Shown here: piece after piece, positions 37,298 to 47,888 of the stretch
Layout: every line of letters begins with the position of its first letter
Numbering within the stretch: position 1 is the first letter of the stretch
From: Candidatus Latescibacterota bacterium
GTDB taxonomy: Bacteria; Latescibacterota; UBA2968
Direction of reading: 5' to 3'
Assembly (NCBI GenBank): GCA_965116885.1
Contig: OZ220741.1
Coordinates: 544,001-608,000 of the forward strand
Length of the DNA stretch: 64,000 nt
Position numbers and translations under genes: made by a program
Notes under the pieces: model-generated
Databases searched by the model: none
What the model saw: only the letters and a program-made list of their open reading frames with translations
What the model was told of the DNA's origin: nothing

Positions 37298-39784
37298 ATG
37301 ATTGCCAATTATTTTCGAACATGGTTTCGCAATGTCCTCAAGTATAGAACCTATGCCGCTATTAACCTGCTGGGTTTGGGGATCGGGATTGCCTGCTGCT
37401 ATCTTTGCGTTCTTTACCTTCTTTACGATTGGAGTTTTGACAGGTTTCACAAAGACCATCATCGCATACACCGCGTTACGGGGAAGGTAATGCGTGACAA
37501 AAGAATAGGTGGTTCTATGGCGGGTACATGGGCTGAGACAGTCCATTTTCCGGTTCCATTGGCATCGGTGATGCCTGCTGAGATCCCAGAAATCGAGATT
37601 GCCACCAGTATAAAAGATATCAATTCTCCTCTAAATAAGACGACGTGGCGCGTGGGTACTCACAAAAATTCTCTGCGGGATATAGAAGATGTCGTATTCG
37701 TAGATAGCAATTTTGTAGAGATTTTTTCATTTCCTATCATCAATGGTACATTTCCTTCAACCCCGGGGCAAGTCGTGATCACACGCGCATTCGCCCAGAC
37801 ACTTTCCAACGATATTGACAGTTTGGTAGGCCAGGTTTTATGGATGCAACCTCCTGAGCGACCGTTTTCCAGAAACCAGCCAAATGCAGTCTCAGTTGAA
37901 ATCGGAAGCATTGTGGAAACCCCTCCCCGCAATTCAAGCCTGACATTCGAGATTCTTGTGCCTTTTACTATGTATTCAACCTTTCGTACAACAAGAAAGC
38001 GAGAATGGGATTGGATCTTTAGTGCCAATCATTACATCCGCCTGTCAGAAGAATCGCCTGTAAATGTCGTAGAGGAAAAGCTCACGCAGGTCATCCAAAA
38101 GCGATCCGCTTTCAATTCGCTATGGGATGTATCTACCTTTGAGGCCAAACTGCAACCTATCACGGATCTACACCATATAGGTGAGGGAAGCGGTGGTGAT
38201 GGCGTGCGTCCTGGTACCAACCCGATATATGGCTACATTCTCGGCGGTATGGGTATTCTGGTGCTGTCTGTCGCGTGTCTGAATTACGTGCTGCTCTACG
38301 TAGCGCGGTTCAATTCGCGTACCAAAGAACTGGGCATAAGACAAATTTTTGGCGCAAACCGACGGCAACTCCGATACCAGCTATTGGTCGAATGCTTTGG
38401 ATACAGCATGTTGGCTTGCATCATAGGCCTGGCAGTCGCAGAATTGGCATCAGGTCCTCTTGAAGGCGTTTTGAAAACCTCACTCGTGTCCTCAACAGAC
38501 CCCATTCAGACCGCGCTCATTCTCCTATCGCTTGCCTGTCTAATAGGTCTGGGCACAGCCCTTTACCCGGCAGCCTTTATGTCGTCTGTTTCTGCGGTCA
38601 GCATTCTAAACAAAACAGCAAAAGCCGCCAGGTCTGGACCTTTCTTAAAAATATTAATGGCCATCCAATCCGGTGTGACATTGGTATTTGTGTTTTGCAC
38701 AATCATTATCTTTCAACAGACCTATTTCGTTGTCACAGCAGATCCAGGATTTGAACCCGCGAATCTGGTCAGACTCAGTATCAGAGGATTGACAAAAAAT
38801 GAGGTTGGCCGTCTGCAAGCATCTTTATCTGAGCATCCACTCGTAGCCACATGCGTCCGGGAGGTTGGATCTGCAGGAGTACAGATGAAGGATAGCAATG
38901 GCAACTTGATTGATGAGGTGATTACCTATGAAGCAGATGGTGACTTTCTCAAGACTTTGGGGTTGAAACTCTTACAGGGAAAATCCCTGTACCCAAACCC
39001 CACTCAGGGTGATGTGGTCGTAAATGAAGCCTTCCTGAAACGCTTGGCATCCGCAGAAGCTCTTGGACAGGAAATCACTCAGGAGGATGAAAATACAAGC
39101 TCACGAGTGTTTGGGCGCAATGTCAGTGGCCGCATCGTCGGTGTGGTCAAAGACTTTCACTTCCGAGACTTGCGCCACACAGCCTCGCCTACCGTCATCG
39201 CCATTGCCGATGATGCGACCACATATTTATTTAAGGAAAAATATATCACGGGAGAAATATTAATTCGCATCCAGGAGAACAGTGCCGATGAATTTGTCCC
39301 TTACCTCGAAAAGCTCTGGAAAGACCTGAAAATTGGTGGGTCACTGACATTTTCCTTCGAAGAAGATGAAAGGCAACACTTTTACGCCAAAGAAATCAGT
39401 TGGAGCAAAATCGTCTCTGGCGCAGCCCTGTGTGCTGTCCTCATCGCGTCAATGGGTGCTCTGGGCATGATCTCTCTATCCGTGGCGCGCAGAAGAAAGG
39501 AAATCGCCATCCGCAGGGTCATGGGTGCCATACCATCCAAAATAGCCAGCGGTATAGTGCTGAACTACGCGCTGCCCGGATTTATAGCCGCTGTCATCGC
39601 ACTTCCGCTCTCCTACTTCTTTATGGACGAATGGCTCTCGATATTTGCCTACCGCTTTCAATTCAGCGTTATTACTATATTGGTGGCGATCTTGTTGGGC
39701 ATCCTGCTTCCGCTCACAGGCGGTTTCTTACACGCGCTAAAGATCGCTTCCGAAAGTCCGAGTGCTGCCCTACGGGAGGACTGA
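37298..39784 (+). CDS. MacB/FtsX-like ABC transporter permease (double module)
   Basis: N-terminal TM, RTKELGIRQIFGA, GVVKDFHF, RRKEIAIRRVMGA, WLSIFAYR. Confidence 0.9.
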   Translation: MIANYFRTWFRNVLKYRTYAAINLLGLGIGIACCYLCVLYLLYDWSFDRFHKDHHRIHRVTGKVMRDKRIGGSMAGTWAETVHFPVPLASVMPAEIPEIEIATSIKDINSPLNKTTWRVGTHKNSLRDIEDVVFVDSNFVEIFSFPIINGTFPSTPGQVVITRAFAQTLSNDIDSLVGQVLWMQPPERPFSRNQPNAVSVEIGSIVETPPRNSSLTFEILVPFTMYSTFRTTRKREWDWIFSANHYIRLSEESPVNVVEEKLTQVIQKRSAFNSLWDVSTFEAKLQPITDLHHIGEGSGGDGVRPGTNPIYGYILGGMGILVLSVACLNYVLLYVARFNSRTKELGIRQIFGANRRQLRYQLLVECFGYSMLACIIGLAVAELASGPLEGVLKTSLVSSTDPIQTALILLSLACLIGLGTALYPAAFMSSVSAVSILNKTAKAARSGPFLKILMAIQSGVTLVFVFCTIIIFQQTYFVVTADPGFEPANLVRLSIRGLTKNEVGRLQASLSEHPLVATCVREVGSAGVQMKDSNGNLIDEVITYEADGDFLKTLGLKLLQGKSLYPNPTQGDVVVNEAFLKRLASAEALGQEITQEDENTSSRVFGRNVSGRIVGVVKDFHFRDLRHTASPTVIAIADDATTYLFKEKYITGEILIRIQENSADEFVPYLEKLWKDLKIGGSLTFSFEEDERQHFYAKEISWSKIVSGAALCAVLIASMGALGMISLSVARRRKEIAIRRVMGAIPSKIASGIVLNYALPGFIAAVIALPLSYFFMDEWLSIFAYRFQFSVITILVAILLGILLPLTGGFLHALKIASESPSAALRED

Positions 39785-39868
39785 TACGCGAATATATACA
39801 TGTTTTTTTCAGGGAAAATGGGAGGAAAGAATAATTTGGCCTACCATACTACACCAAAAAGAAAGACT

Positions 39869-41602
39869 ATGCAGAATTGCATCTCAATAATTTTTATTTT
39901 CATCGCGCTTGCGTTGACAGTTCACCCTCTTCCTACTAAATATATTTTTGCCCGGGCAGAAGATAATCAGGTGCATATCCCGGATGTCAACCTGCGAGCG
40001 GTGATTCTGCAAACGATAAATGCAAAAAGCGAGGCCCCAGACGCGATAATCACGCAGGCAGAAATGTCAACCTTAACTGGCCTTTCTGCATCGAATGCGC
40101 TTGAGACATCAAATACGAAGATCAGCGATTTGTCCGGGCTGGAGTATGCAACCGGTCTAAAACGGCTGTTTCTCAGCAGTAACAACATTTCTGACATTAC
40201 ACCACTATCTGGATTGAGCAACCTGACAGACCTGTGGCTTGACCACAATAGTATCTCGGACATTAAACCGCTATCTGGATTAACCAGTCTGACACAGCTA
40301 CGTCTTGACACCACCACCATCTCGAACATCACGCCACTATCTGGCCTAAAAAATCTGACAGATCTGCATCTCAGTAACAACACCATCTCAAACATCGCAC
40401 CATTATCTGGATTGACCAATCTAAAAGCATTGCATCTTGACACCAACACCATCTCAGACATCACATCACTATCTAAATTGAACAACCTGATAGACCTGCG
40501 GCTCTACGACAACAGCATCTCAGACCTCGCGCCCCTATCTAAATTAACCAACCTGACACGGATAAATCTTGACGACAACAGCATCTCGGACCTCGCGCCA
40601 CTATCCCAATTGACCAACCTGAAAACACTATCTCTTTACCGCAACCGCATCTCGGACATTACACCATTATCTGGCGTAAAAAATCTGGCAGACCTGCGAC
40701 TTGACAACAATAACATCTCGGATATTACACCCCTATCAGAGTTAAATGGGCTGATACGGCTCTATCTTTCCACCAACAATATCTCGGACCTCACACCACT
40801 ATCTGGCCTAAACGGGCTGACAGACCTGCATCTCGACAACAACAGCATCTCAATCATTACACCCCTATCTAAATTGAACAACCTGAGGGTGCTGTCCCTT
40901 TACAATAACACAATCTCGGATATCACATCGCTGTCTGAGTTAAAAAGCCTGGGAGAACTGGATATTTCTCACAACAGCATCTCGAACCTCACGCCACTAT
41001 CTAAATTGAACAATCTGGCAGACCTGCGGCTTGACAATAACAACATCTCGGATATCACGCCATTATCCGAGTTAAATATCTTGACGTGGCTGGGACTATC
41101 CCACAACAGCATCTTAGACATCACACCCCTATCTAAATTGACCAACCTGACACGAATAAATCTTGACGACAACAGCATCTCAGACATCACACCCCTATCT
41201 AAATTATACATCTTGACATGGCTGGGGCTTTCCGACAACAGCATCTCGGATCTCGCACCACTATCTGGTTTAAACCTTCTAATGGGGTTGGATCTTTCCG
41301 ACAACAGTATCTCGAACCTTACATCATTATCTGGCGTAAAAAATCTGGCAGACCTGCGGCTTGACAACAACAATATCTCGGACATTACATCACTATCTGA
41401 ATTAACCGGCCTGAAAGGGCTGCGTCTTTACAACAACAAAATCTCGGATCTTTCGCCTCTGGTTGCAAACCCGGGGTTGGTCAATGGAGACGGGGTTGAT
41501 ATAGGTAATAATCCTTTGAGTGCCACATCACTCAATACACACATTCCTGCCCTGAGAGCCAGGGGGGTTACGGTAGAGATATATTCAAAAGTGGATGAAT
41601 AA
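39869..41602 (+). CDS. Secreted internalin-like leucine-rich-repeat protein (20 x 22-aa LRR)
   Basis: Signal peptide, IPDVNLR cap, 20 counted LxxLxLxxNxISDIxPLSxLxN units. Confidence 0.92.
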   Translation: MQNCISIIFIFIALALTVHPLPTKYIFARAEDNQVHIPDVNLRAVILQTINAKSEAPDAIITQAEMSTLTGLSASNALETSNTKISDLSGLEYATGLKRLFLSSNNISDITPLSGLSNLTDLWLDHNSISDIKPLSGLTSLTQLRLDTTTISNITPLSGLKNLTDLHLSNNTISNIAPLSGLTNLKALHLDTNTISDITSLSKLNNLIDLRLYDNSISDLAPLSKLTNLTRINLDDNSISDLAPLSQLTNLKTLSLYRNRISDITPLSGVKNLADLRLDNNNISDITPLSELNGLIRLYLSTNNISDLTPLSGLNGLTDLHLDNNSISIITPLSKLNNLRVLSLYNNTISDITSLSELKSLGELDISHNSISNLTPLSKLNNLADLRLDNNNISDITPLSELNILTWLGLSHNSILDITPLSKLTNLTRINLDDNSISDITPLSKLYILTWLGLSDNSISDLAPLSGLNLLMGLDLSDNSISNLTSLSGVKNLADLRLDNNNISDITSLSELTGLKGLRLYNNKISDLSPLVANPGLVNGDGVDIGNNPLSATSLNTHIPALRARGVTVEIYSKVDE

Positions 41603-41617
41603 AAGAAAGGAGCACAC

Positions 41618-43021
41618 ATGAGCGAAAGACCCAATATTCTATTCATCATGACCGATGACCATGCATCGCATGCCATGAGTTGTTATAACAGTCGGATTAA
41701 CGAAACGCCCAACCTGGACCGCATCGCAGAAGGTGGCATGCGCTTTAACAACTGCTTTTGCACCAACTCGATCTGCGCGCCGAGCCGGGCGGTAATCTTA
41801 ACCGGCACGTACAATCACATCAACGGCGTAACCACATTGCGCACGAACCTGGACGGGCGACAGGTCACATTTCCCAAACTCCTGCAAGCAGCGGGATACC
41901 AGACTGCAATGGTGGGAAAATGGCATCTCGGGCACGGCGGACACAACGACCCCACCGGATTTGACTACTGGAACGTACTCCCCGGCCAAGGCGCGTATCA
42001 CAACCCCATGATGTACGACATGGGCAAAGAAGTACATTACGAGGGATACACCACAGACATCATAACCGACCTCGCACTGGACTGGCTAAAAGACCGCGAC
42101 AAAAACAAACCCTTCATGCTCATGTATCACCACAAAGCACCCCATCGCCCCTGGGAGCCAGACGACAAACACGCGGACATGTACGAAGACATCGACATCC
42201 CCGAACCCGAAACCCTGTGGGACGACTACAGCAACCGCGCCACAGCGGCATCTCAGGCCGAAATGCGCGTCAACCGCGACCTGAACCCCCGCGACCTGAA
42301 ACAACCCGTCCCCGAAGGTTTAAGTCCCGAAGAAGACATGAGATGGAAATACCAGCGCTACATCAAAGACTACCTGCGCTGTGTGGCATCCGTTGATGAC
42401 AATGTCGGCCGCGTACTGGACTACCTGGACGAAGAAGGACTGACCAACAACACCATCGTCGTCTATACATCGGACCAGGGCTTTTACCTCGGCGACCACG
42501 GCTGGTACGACAAACGCTTTATGTACGAAGAATCCCTCCGCATGCCATTCCTCATTCGGTACCCCAAAGAAATCAAAGCGGGAAGTGTCTGCGACGACAT
42601 GATCCTCAACGTGGATTTCGCATCCACATTCCTGGACTACGCCGGCATAAACATCCCCAGCCATTTTCAGGGACACAGCATGCGCCCCCTGTTAAACGGG
42701 GACCGCCCCGCCTACTGGCGCACCTCAATGTATTACCGCTATTGGATGCACCTGAACGGACACAATATCTACGCGCACTACGGCGTCAGAACGCATCGGC
42801 ACAAACTCATCTACTACTACGCCGACGGATGTGGGCAAGAAGGCGCCTCGGACGACGCCCGAGAACCAGAATGGGAATTATTTGACCTGGACAAAGACCC
42901 GTATGAACTGAACAGCGTCTATCACAACCCGGAATACGCAGAAATAGTCGCCGAACTAAAAGACGAACTCCACCGCTTGCAGGACGAAGTGGGAGATGAG
43001 CGATACGAAAAAGACGTATAA
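41618..43021 (+). CDS. Sulfatase
   Basis: [32 protein letters not shown]. Confidence 0.95.
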   Translation: MSERPNILFIMTDDHASHAMSCYNSRINETPNLDRIAEGGMRFNNCFCTNSICAPSRAVILTGTYNHINGVTTLRTNLDGRQVTFPKLLQAAGYQTAMVGKWHLGHGGHNDPTGFDYWNVLPGQGAYHNPMMYDMGKEVHYEGYTTDIITDLALDWLKDRDKNKPFMLMYHHKAPHRPWEPDDKHADMYEDIDIPEPETLWDDYSNRATAASQAEMRVNRDLNPRDLKQPVPEGLSPEEDMRWKYQRYIKDYLRCVASVDDNVGRVLDYLDEEGLTNNTIVVYTSDQGFYLGDHGWYDKRFMYEESLRMPFLIRYPKEIKAGSVCDDMILNVDFASTFLDYAGINIPSHFQGHSMRPLLNGDRPAYWRTSMYYRYWMHLNGHNIYAHYGVRTHRHKLIYYYADGCGQEGASDDAREPEWELFDLDKDPYELNSVYHNPEYAEIVAELKDELHRLQDEVGDERYEKDV

Positions 43022-43033
43022 GAGGAGCGATTA

Positions 43034-44380
43034 ATGCCCAATGTCGTATTCATGATGACCGACAACCAGGGGGCCTGGACCCTGGGCTGTTATGGCAACC
43101 CGGACATCCGAACCCCCAACATCGACAGACTTGCAAACGAGGGAATTCGGTTCTCAAACGCCTATTGCGTAAACTCGGTTTGCTCGCCCAGCCGCGCCAC
43201 ATTCATGACCGGACTGATCCCCTCTCAGCACGGCGTACACTGCTACCTCGGCGGAGAAAAACCAGATGCACAAATGGGACCAGACGCGTACTGCACCATT
43301 CGGGAATTTGCAAACCTCCCCCGCGTCATGGCAGACGCGGGCTATGTATGCGGACTGAGCGGAAAATGGCACCTGGGAGACAGCCTGCGGCCCCAGGAAG
43401 GATTTTCATACTGGTTTACCCGACCAAAGGGACACACCACGACATTTTACGACGACGAATGGATCTGGCAGAACCGGGTTTACACAGAACCGCGATACAC
43501 AACCGAAGCCATAACAGAACACGCCCTCGAATTCCTGCGGCAAAACCACCATCAGCCATTTTTTCTCTACGTAGCGTACAACGGTCCCTATGGCCTGGGC
43601 CAGAGCATGCTGGAAACACATCTCAACCAACATACCGAATATTACGCAGACAAAGAACTGCCGAGCTTCCCCAGAGAACCAGTACATCCCTGGCTACGCA
43701 GCAATCGGGACATGATCAACAACCCGGTGAGCATTCGCGGATATGCCGCAGCGGTCAGCGGCGTAGATGACGGGATAGGCGAAATAACAAACGCCTTAAA
43801 AGAATACGACCTGGAAGAAGACACCCTGGTAATTTTCACAGCAGATCAGGGCTGGTGCGGAGGGCATCACGGAATGTGGGGCATGGGAGACCACGCCCGA
43901 CCCCTGCATACTTATGAAGAAACCATCCATATCCCGCTGATATTCCGCCAGCCCGGGCAGATACCGTCGGGCAGGGTATTTGAAGGGCGAACATGCAACT
44001 ACGATTTCTTCCCCTCCGTACTGGACCATCTGGAATTGCGGGAACGAATCGCCGACAACCCCAATCTCCCAGGCACAAGTTATGCCCCGGCACTTATAGG
44101 AGAGGAAATGGCATGGAACAATGAGATATTCCACGAATTTGAAAACACGCGCCTGGTGCGAAATGACCGCTGGAAATACACCTGGCGTCATCCAGATGGC
44201 CCGGATGAGCTATACGACATGCAGGCAGATCCCGGAGAACGCAACAACCTGACGAACCGCTCCCACGCAACAGTCATCAACGAATGTCGCAACCGCATCC
44301 AGAACTTCTTTAACCAGTACGCAGACCCTCAGTACGACCTGTGGCGCGGCGGGCACTCCAAAGCGGGGCGAATCGGATAA
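43034..44380 (+). CDS. Sulfatase
   Basis: PNVVFMMTDNQ, CSPSRA, GKWH, ADQG. Confidence 0.93.
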   Translation: MPNVVFMMTDNQGAWTLGCYGNPDIRTPNIDRLANEGIRFSNAYCVNSVCSPSRATFMTGLIPSQHGVHCYLGGEKPDAQMGPDAYCTIREFANLPRVMADAGYVCGLSGKWHLGDSLRPQEGFSYWFTRPKGHTTTFYDDEWIWQNRVYTEPRYTTEAITEHALEFLRQNHHQPFFLYVAYNGPYGLGQSMLETHLNQHTEYYADKELPSFPREPVHPWLRSNRDMINNPVSIRGYAAAVSGVDDGIGEITNALKEYDLEEDTLVIFTADQGWCGGHHGMWGMGDHARPLHTYEETIHIPLIFRQPGQIPSGRVFEGRTCNYDFFPSVLDHLELRERIADNPNLPGTSYAPALIGEEMAWNNEIFHEFENTRLVRNDRWKYTWRHPDGPDELYDMQADPGERNNLTNRSHATVINECRNRIQNFFNQYADPQYDLWRGGHSKAGRIG

Positions 44381-44444
44381 CGGGACCTCATCCCGGTTAA
44401 ATGAGATCTGGTCAGCACCCAGGGTCCAAAGGGTAAAGCACCAC

Positions 44445-44478
44445 AAAAAAAGACACCGATATATGGTGTCTTTTTTTC
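44445..44478. terminator. Bidirectional terminator
   Basis: A-run-GACACC-gatatat-GGTGTC-T-run between convergent genes. Confidence 0.8.
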
Positions 44479-44496
44479 TATCAACCGTAAAACGCC

Positions 44497-47400
44497 TTAG
44501 TCGGCCGCCTGCGCGTCCATTCCTCCAGTGGGTCGTGCTCGGGGGAAAGCCACCACCGCGACCTGTCGCAATATCCCCCTCAGATCGTCCAGAAAGGTGT
44601 AGAAAAGCGGTACCACAAACAGAGTGAGAAGCGTAGAACAGAGCAGCCCGCCCATCATGGTGCGACCCAGAGGCGCGTAAGGTGTCCCCAGCATAGAACT
44701 GTTCCCCAGTGCCATGGGCATCAAACCAAACACCGTGGTAAACGTCGTCATCAAAATCGGCCGGAACCGATTAAACCCGGCCTCCAGAATGGCCTCGTCA
44801 CGTGCCATCCCCTCCGCGCGAAGTCGATTAATCATATCCACCAGTACAATGGCATTGTTCACCACGACCCCAATCAATACAATAAGTCCCACCTGCGCCA
44901 TGGGATTCATCGCTGTATCCCACAAGTAGAGCGTCCAATAGACCCCCAGAAAGGAAAACGGGACAGCCAGTAATACAGAAAAGGGCAGGACAATGGATTC
45001 GAAGAGCACCCCCATGAGCAAAAATACGAAGATGATGGCCAGAAAGATTGCAAAATTCATCATGTCATTTTCTTCTCGATACCGCTGTCCCTCCGTACCC
45101 CGATCCCAGCTATACCCATAGGGAAGCGACATGCCGTCCATCACCCGATCAATATCTGTGAAGAGCGTCTTTAGATCATCCTCCATGGTAAAACACTTCA
45201 GCCTAATTCGCATCTTTCCGTCAATCCGCCGAATGGTTCCTGGCCCTTCGGTCACCTTGAATGAAGCAAAGGCGGACAGGGGAATACTCTGCCCGTCCCT
45301 GGAGGTAAACATATAATTTTTCAACTGCGCCACCTGCTGTCGGTCCGCCTCTCGCAACCGAAGCCGAACTTCCACTTCCCGGTCGTCCGACTTGTAACGC
45401 GGCAGAAAGGTCCCCCGAAGTTGAAATCCGATACTCTGCCCTACTTCCTGCGCATTAATCCCGTATTTTTTAGCCCGATCCCGATCGATCACGACCTGCA
45501 CCTCCGGTTCGGCCCGCTCCAGATCGTTTTCGATGTTCACAATCTCAGGGATGGTCTGTAGCCGACGTTCCGCCTCCTCCACCAGGGGGATCAGCCCCTC
45601 CTGATCTTCACCGTAGAGAAACACCTTGATATTGGCATCGGTGTTCACCGCCTGTGAATTGTTGGTATTCACAGACCTTCGGACGCCCACATGCTTGGGG
45701 AAGTTCTCCTTCATATCATTGATCACGTCCTTTTTGCTCATGCGCTGGTCCAGAGGAAAGCCAATTTTCGCCCTCGCATCTCGATAGACTGTGTACCACC
45801 ATTCCTCGGCGTCCTGATGATGGAGAAAAGCCTGGATACGCAGACCCGTTTTCCAGTAACTCAGCCGGATCGTTCGAACCCCATAGAGTTCCCGTCTGGC
45901 TTCAAAATAGGCCTCGTATTCGGCCCCCAGCTTGCTGATATCCTCAAAGGTGAAAAAAGGCGGCGGATAGGCCCGAACATAGACCTCGTTGAGGTTAAAT
46001 CCGCCCGCGTTGGCCATCTTCACCTTTTCCAGCGGATAAAGCATGGTGGCCATCATCCCCACCACAATCAAGGTCGTATCTCGCCGGTGTGTCACGGTCC
46101 AGGATAACATGCGGTGATAAGTGTCTCGCATCCAGCGAATCACCCCCAGATCTGCCTTAATATCGCACCCGCCAAATCGCTTGGCCGCAAGTGGGATAAA
46201 CAACAGGGCGACAAACAAAGACCCGACAAGAGCCACCACCACAGGCATTCCGATGCGGGCGAGTTGGAAGGTGAGGTTCCTGCTTCCACCCATTAAGATC
46301 AGGGGCAAAAACACGACCACGGTGGTTAAGGTGGCCATTGTAATGGCCAACCCCACCTCGCTGGCACCACCAATAGACGCTTCGTGGGGCGCGTCACCCT
46401 TTGCCCGCCTCCGGTAGATATTTTCAACAATCACAATCGCATTATCGACCACCATCCCCACCCCCACCATCAGCCCCATCATCGTGAAGAGATTGAGCGT
46501 CCATCCCACAAAATACAACGCCGTCGTCGTGATCATCAAACAAAGCGGAATAGCCAGCGTGATCAACGCAGTCATGCGCATAGACCGAAGGAATAACAGC
46601 AGCACCAGGGCGGCGAAAAACCCACCCCAGAGGCCGGTGTTCCGCAGATTGCGGATCGACTCTCCGACCACCTTGCCCTGGTTAAAAAAAGCGTCAAATT
46701 CGATATCCGTTCTGCCCTCGATCTGGTCTAAAGCGGCCTGTACCCGGTTGCACACATCCACCAAATTTTCGCCGGGTTCCCGAAACACGCCAAGATTGAT
46801 AGCGGGCTTGCCGTCGATGCGCTGATACCACTGCCGATCGGGCACATCGTAAGCCACTCGGGCCACATCTTTTAAGCGAACTTCGCTGTCCTGGGTCGGG
46901 ATCAGGATATTTTCTATCTCCGACAGGCTGTGGTATTTCGCCATGGAGCGGACGAAAAATTTCTTGCCACCTTCCTGGACATAGCCTCCCGTGAGCGCGA
47001 AATTGTCTGATCGCAGCCCCATCACCAGTTGGAAGGGCTGCACCCCTCGCGTCACCATCTTTTCCACATCGATCTCCACCAGTACCTCGTTGCGATTCAC
47101 CCCCCACAACTGAACCTGAGCTACCCCTTTCAGTCGCTCCAGGGGCCTTTTGATGTGGAGATCGGAAAAATAATACGGATCTTCTATCCCATCGGGCAGT
47201 GCCACCCCCACCCACATCACCTCCATGTCGGTATCTGGATTCCACTTCCACACAAAGGTGTGATCCCGCACCTCCTCGGGCAGGTCGATCTTGGCCCGAT
47301 CCAGGCGATCCACCAGTTGATTATAAGCCAGTTGCATATTTGCATCTTCCCGCAGCCAGACCCCCATCCACAGGCCCCACTGAGAACTTGCGAAACTTTC

Positions 47401-47658
47401 AAAGCCTCTGACCCCCTTCACCGTGCGGATGTGCTCCTCAACGGGCCTCCGAATTTGCCGGTCAATCTCCTGGGGCGCCAGGCCCGGAAAATCTACCCCG
47501 ACCCAGAGCCATCGGTTTTCCCAGCCACTGGGGAAGGCCTGTGCCTGAAGTCGAACATAAGACACCAGACCCACCACCAGCAACGCCACAAGCGTCACCG
47601 TGACCATCACCGGACGCGTGACCGAGATGCGCGGCAGAAAAGAGGAATGGGTTTTCAA
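44497..47658 (-). CDS. RND efflux transporter, AcrB/AcrD/AcrF family
   Basis: 1053 aa; GMVVDNAIVIVENI, TLTTVVVFLP, GVVVNNAIVLVD, RFRPILMTT. Confidence 0.93.
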   Translation of the reverse strand: MKTHSSFLPRISVTRPVMVTVTLVALLVVGLVSYVRLQAQAFPSGWENRWLWVGVDFPGLAPQEIDRQIRRPVEEHIRTVKGVRGFESFASSQWGLWMGVWLREDANMQLAYNQLVDRLDRAKIDLPEEVRDHTFVWKWNPDTDMEVMWVGVALPDGIEDPYYFSDLHIKRPLERLKGVAQVQLWGVNRNEVLVEIDVEKMVTRGVQPFQLVMGLRSDNFALTGGYVQEGGKKFFVRSMAKYHSLSEIENILIPTQDSEVRLKDVARVAYDVPDRQWYQRIDGKPAINLGVFREPGENLVDVCNRVQAALDQIEGRTDIEFDAFFNQGKVVGESIRNLRNTGLWGGFFAALVLLLFLRSMRMTALITLAIPLCLMITTTALYFVGWTLNLFTMMGLMVGVGMVVDNAIVIVENIYRRRAKGDAPHEASIGGASEVGLAITMATLTTVVVFLPLILMGGSRNLTFQLARIGMPVVVALVGSLFVALLFIPLAAKRFGGCDIKADLGVIRWMRDTYHRMLSWTVTHRRDTTLIVVGMMATMLYPLEKVKMANAGGFNLNEVYVRAYPPPFFTFEDISKLGAEYEAYFEARRELYGVRTIRLSYWKTGLRIQAFLHHQDAEEWWYTVYRDARAKIGFPLDQRMSKKDVINDMKENFPKHVGVRRSVNTNNSQAVNTDANIKVFLYGEDQEGLIPLVEEAERRLQTIPEIVNIENDLERAEPEVQVVIDRDRAKKYGINAQEVGQSIGFQLRGTFLPRYKSDDREVEVRLRLREADRQQVAQLKNYMFTSRDGQSIPLSAFASFKVTEGPGTIRRIDGKMRIRLKCFTMEDDLKTLFTDIDRVMDGMSLPYGYSWDRGTEGQRYREENDMMNFAIFLAIIFVFLLMGVLFESIVLPFSVLLAVPFSFLGVYWTLYLWDTAMNPMAQVGLIVLIGVVVNNAIVLVDMINRLRAEGMARDEAILEAGFNRFRPILMTTFTTVFGLMPMALGNSSMLGTPYAPLGRTMMGGLLCSTLLTLFVVPLFYTFLDDLRGILRQVAVVAFPRARPTGGMDAQAAD

Positions 47659-47888
47659 GGCATTTCTCCTTAGTCCAGGGCCTGGTTTTCTGACCTATCT
47701 ATTCATCCGACAAAGTAATACATCCAAAAGTTTCGCAATCATGCCATTTACATCAGCTTTCTGGATGCATCCTACTTCAATAAGGAGAAAAAAGAAAAAC
47801 CCATTATTAAATGGGTTGTGTAAAATACCTCTGATATGGATAGGCCAGACCAATGGGTCTGCCCTTTTTGATGGGCGCAGGCGCCCCT

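Noticed and set aside
40140..41470. CRISPR-like periodicity
   Set aside because: The 66-bp period is coding LRR. No repeat-spacer array or cas gene was seen in the window.
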